From assembly GCA_937886445.1 (NCBI GenBank), contig CALGBY010000132.1:1-14922 (forward strand): a DNA stretch of 14,922 nucleotides. Reading direction: 5' to 3'. Under the pieces are notes generated by a model that was given only the letters and a program-made list of their open reading frames with translations, was not told the origin of the DNA and searched no databases. Shown one piece after another: positions 12,423 through 14,922 of this stretch (positions within the stretch are counted from its first letter, which is position 1; each line of letters opens with the position of its first letter). A program made the position numbers and the translations under genes. This DNA is from an uncultured Clostridia bacterium. GTDB lineage: Bacteria > Bacillota > Clostridia > Christensenellales > Aristaeellaceae.

Positions 12423-13235
12423 TCACTCCATATTTTCCTTAACAATTTCAAGCGCCTCATTGAGAAAAGCTTCGATACTCTCGCGCTCGTCAAAACACTT
12501 CTTGACCTTGTCCATTATACTCTCGTCTGTCCCATGCAAAGGCTCATAGAACTGCGGATACGCCTTATTATCATATAGCGTAAACTTTCGCACTTCGGGC
12601 TCATTCAGTGTCGGATCTACCACAATTTCCTGTAAGTACCAAAGCGGCTCAGGCCACACCGGATCCGGCAAAGTAACACCTTTCATCTCACACAACTTCT
12701 CGTAAAAAATCATGTGATTGATTTCGTGAACCGCCCCTGAGAATACGCGCTCCTCATCCTGGTATGAGACAAAAAAACACTTGTCCTGCGAACTGCGTGG
12801 ATAGAAAGGGATGTAGCCTACATAGCAAATTATCTCCGGCTGACTTTCCTTCCACTCGTAGTGAAAAAGCGCACAGGAAGCCTCTATAAACTGCGGAATA
12901 AATGAATCATACTTCTCAGTGAAATATTGAATTCTCTGTCGAATTTCTGCCTCATTGTCAGCGAGACGCTTAAAGACTGCTAGCCTTATAGCCATGTCAC
13001 TCTCCGCCTCGTCTTCTATCTCTACGACTTCCTTAAGCTCAGGATACAGGGCAATTGTCTTATCATAGAACGGCCTTGTCGTATTCTTTTGCTTGTCGCG
13101 ACTCAAAAAATTCTTTATAAATCTTGCATTATCTTCCGGATCAATCGGAAGAACCCTAACCCTTGGAATAAACACTATCCTATCCCCTCTCAAAAATGTT
13201 CCATATCCTTTCGGAATTCCAGGCCTTTGATTCAT
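12423..13235 (-). CDS. Hypothetical cytoplasmic protein with an HExxH zinc-metallopeptidase-type motif
   Basis: This is a 270-aa ORF with no signal peptide. It contains AVHEINHMIFYE, with HEINH at nt 12714-12728 on the minus strand. I recognised no family. AAGGAAGG lies 13 nt upstream of the ATG, which is long spacing. Confidence 0.6.
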   Translation of the reverse strand: MNQRPGIPKGYGTFLRGDRIVFIPRVRVLPIDPEDNARFIKNFLSRDKQKNTTRPFYDKTIALYPELKEVVEIEDEAESDMAIRLAVFKRLADNEAEIRQRIQYFTEKYDSFIPQFIEASCALFHYEWKESQPEIICYVGYIPFYPRSSQDKCFFVSYQDEERVFSGAVHEINHMIFYEKLCEMKGVTLPDPVWPEPLWYLQEIVVDPTLNEPEVRKFTLYDNKAYPQFYEPLHGTDESIMDKVKKCFDERESIEAFLNEALEIVKENME

Positions 13236-13328
13236 AAGTGATCAAGGGCCTTCCTTTTTGCGTCCCTCACACGATTCTGCATACATATGCAGAATTTTTT
13301 GTGAGAAAATCGCAAAAAAGCACTTGAC

Positions 13329-13363
13329 AAAACCGCAAAAATTTGCGGTCGCCTTTGGCGACC
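13329..13363 (-). terminator. Tandem hairpins and a T-tract: probable terminator after the GNAT gene at 13418-13909
   Basis: On the minus strand, hairpin GGTCGCC-AAA-GGCGACC (13347-13363) is followed by hairpin CCGCAAA-TT-TTTGCGG (13333-13348) and then TTTTG (13328-13332). Confidence 0.5.
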
Positions 13364-13417
13364 AATCGAGAAGAAATGTGACCCGCGCGACCGGATACAC
13401 CATCTCGATTGGAGGCC

Positions 13418-13909
13418 TTAGGCATGAAACCCGTAATCAACTCTCACCTCGACTACAGACGGTTTCTCAACAGTACGGGGGAAATGTATCGGATTAGCAG
13501 GATTATCGATGGCAATGTCATCATGAAGAACATGGATTCCGTGTTTCTTTGCTTCATTACATAGCAGTTGCAAGGCAATTTTACCGTATCCGCGACCGCG
13601 ATACATGGAATGAATGATAATGTCAATAAGCCACAGATCCTGTTCCGTGTCGTGATGCCAGGCGGCTTCACCAATGAAAACACGACTGTTATCTACCGTA
13701 ATATACCGATAAAACCGTTCTTCGGAAGGATTGCCGACCCAACGATCAAACCATTCTTTCCACTTTTCTTTAGGAAAGGGAATTGTTCCACCCCAGGCAT
13801 GGTTGTAACTCATAGTTTCCGGATCAGACAAAAGCAGTTGACGAAACCACAAATCATCGATCTGTGGCTCGTAAAACCTTATCCTGTGGTTATCTGGCAA
13901 ATGAATCAT
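13418..13909 (-). CDS. GNAT-family N-acetyltransferase (RimJ/Acetyltransf_3-like)
   Basis: This is a 163-aa ORF with the acetyl-CoA motif A YRGRGYGKIALQLL. ATG 13909 sits directly against its GGA. TTG 13900 is an alternative start with better spacing. The C-terminal ~25 residues look atypical for the fold. Confidence 0.7.
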   Translation of the reverse strand: MIHLPDNHRIRFYEPQIDDLWFRQLLLSDPETMSYNHAWGGTIPFPKEKWKEWFDRWVGNPSEERFYRYITVDNSRVFIGEAAWHHDTEQDLWLIDIIIHSMYRGRGYGKIALQLLCNEAKKHGIHVLHDDIAIDNPANPIHFPRTVEKPSVVEVRVDYGFHA

Positions 13910-13939
13910 TCCTTATTTATCTCGCCAAACTGGGATTTA

Positions 13940-14341
13940 TCAGCATCTCATAAATCCGCAGCATCCGATTTCGGAAAACTCGCAAAAGCCCAAGGACTTG
14001 TAAAACGCGGTCGTTTCCGGAGTGCTGTCGGTTGCCAGCTCGATTTGCCGAACGTCCGTATATCTGTTCAACACTGCTTTCAAGAGCGCCGTTCCAATCC
14101 CCTGACGCTGTTTTGATGGAAAAACAAGCAGATCCTGAACCCAAATAATCGTGTAGCCGTCACCGACAACTCTGACAATTCCAAGCAGCTCTTCGTTTTC
14201 ATAGGCAGCCAATACGAGTAGAGAGTTTTTATATCCCTGCTCTAAAGCTGGCATATTCTCTGTATATGCGGTCCAGCCAACCTCGGCATAAAGCCGCTGA
14301 ATCTCCGCTTTCCTGAATAGACTGTATTCTCTGATAACCAT
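13940..14341 (-). CDS. GNAT-family N-acetyltransferase (small, about 133 aa)
   Basis: GGAGG lies 5 nt upstream of ATG 14341. It has motif A KQRQGIGTALLKAVL and the motif B region TTAFYKSLGF. Confidence 0.8.
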   Translation of the reverse strand: MVIREYSLFRKAEIQRLYAEVGWTAYTENMPALEQGYKNSLLVLAAYENEELLGIVRVVGDGYTIIWVQDLLVFPSKQRQGIGTALLKAVLNRYTDVRQIELATDSTPETTAFYKSLGFCEFSEIGCCGFMRC

Positions 14342-14439
14342 TTTTCCTCCACAAATTCCTGTTTGTCATTATTCACAATGATCTGACCTTAGTGTATTTC
14401 ATCAGGACACCTGTAATCAAGGTATCGGTAAAATGAAAG

Positions 14440-14922
14440 CTAACGATTCATTTTCATTTTGATTTCCGTTGCACCAATTCTCGCACTAACCAGTTCTTCC
14501 CCAGTGGAAACAAAACCACATTTCTCATAAAAACGAATTGCTCGCTTGTTCTCTTTTAGCACCCACAGGCATACTTCCGGATATTTAGTGAGTTGTTTCA
14601 GACCTGCTTTCATCAGTTCCAATCCAACACCGGTTCCATAATAATCAGATAGTACATATATTGCAAAGATTTCACCTGCATTGGGCGCTTCATCTCCTCG
14701 GTCTCCATATCCGACAAACCCAACGACTCTGTTGTTATCAATTGCAACAATTATGTTATCCCGCCAGCTAAATGCCATTTTTTCACACTTATCCAAAGTA
14801 AGCGCGTCAAGGTATTCCCGGCATACAAGTCCCGGATATGCTTCATGCCAAGCTTGCCAATGAACCAATGCTTTTCCTTTTATTTCATCATCCGTTTCCA
14901 TTCTTTTAAGGAGAATATTCAT
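14440..14922 (-). CDS. GNAT-family N-acetyltransferase
   Basis: This is a 160-aa ORF whose ATG is the last three bases of the window, so its upstream signals are not visible. It contains YYGTGVGLELMKAGL (motif A) and NKRAIRFYEKCGF (motif B). Confidence 0.8.
   Translation of the reverse strand: MNILLKRMETDDEIKGKALVHWQAWHEAYPGLVCREYLDALTLDKCEKMAFSWRDNIIVAIDNNRVVGFVGYGDRGDEAPNAGEIFAIYVLSDYYGTGVGLELMKAGLKQLTKYPEVCLWVLKENKRAIRFYEKCGFVSTGEELVSARIGATEIKMKMNR

Noticed and set aside
10209-13235. ImmR/ImmA-like pair (XRE repressor plus HExxH anti-repressor protease) of a mobile element
   Set aside because: The two genes are about 1.5 kb apart, are not divergent neighbours, and are separated by unrelated genes. 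The HExxH context (AVHEINHMIF) does not resemble the ImmA/IrrE HEL(G/A)H block, and there are no integrase or other element genes.
13418-14922. GNAT toxin-antitoxin modules (TacT/AtaT/KacT-like)
   Set aside because: No small RHH or DUF1778-type antitoxin ORF precedes any of the three GNAT genes. The spacers are 30-98 nt with no coding potential.

Overview
This looks like a mosaic, accessory-type region from a GC-rich Firmicutes/Clostridia-like genome. The taxon is inferred from GGAGG Shine-Dalgarno sites and from DUF6273, SHOCT, SdpI and YqeK-type genes. All family calls come from reading motifs by eye; no search was run.

Left ~9 kb (GC-rich, plus strand): almost every gene carries an N-terminal export signal.
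- A membrane-anchored GuaD-like deaminase, a lipoprotein-like Y_phosphatase3 tyrosine phosphatase and a secreted Ntn (C45/choloylglycine-hydrolase-like) amidohydrolase. These three are bracketed by one near-consensus promoter and one strong terminator.
- A small prophage scar: a toxin-like C-terminal fragment and a frameshifted HNH endonuclease.
- A secreted DUF6273 protein and a secreted protein with an internal domain duplication.
- A Cys-rich polytopic membrane domain fused to DUF218/YdcF.

Right ~6 kb (visibly lower GC): rich in pseudogenes.
- Remnants: a TIM-barrel fragment, a SHOCT-like remnant, a YqeK-like HD remnant, an SdpI-like fragment and a multiply frameshifted PhnB-like VOC gene.
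- Intact genes: an XRE-GyrI-like regulator, a VOC/glyoxalase gene, and a minus-strand block of one orphan HExxH protein plus three unrelated GNAT acetyltransferases.

I recognised no tRNA, rRNA, CRISPR array, reverse transcriptase, integrase or intact transposase.

The best candidate for something undescribed is the exported deaminase-phosphatase-amidohydrolase module, especially the outward-facing GuaD-type deaminase. Its function is hypothesis only. Several long antisense ORFs in the GC-rich genes are shadow ORFs and were rejected.
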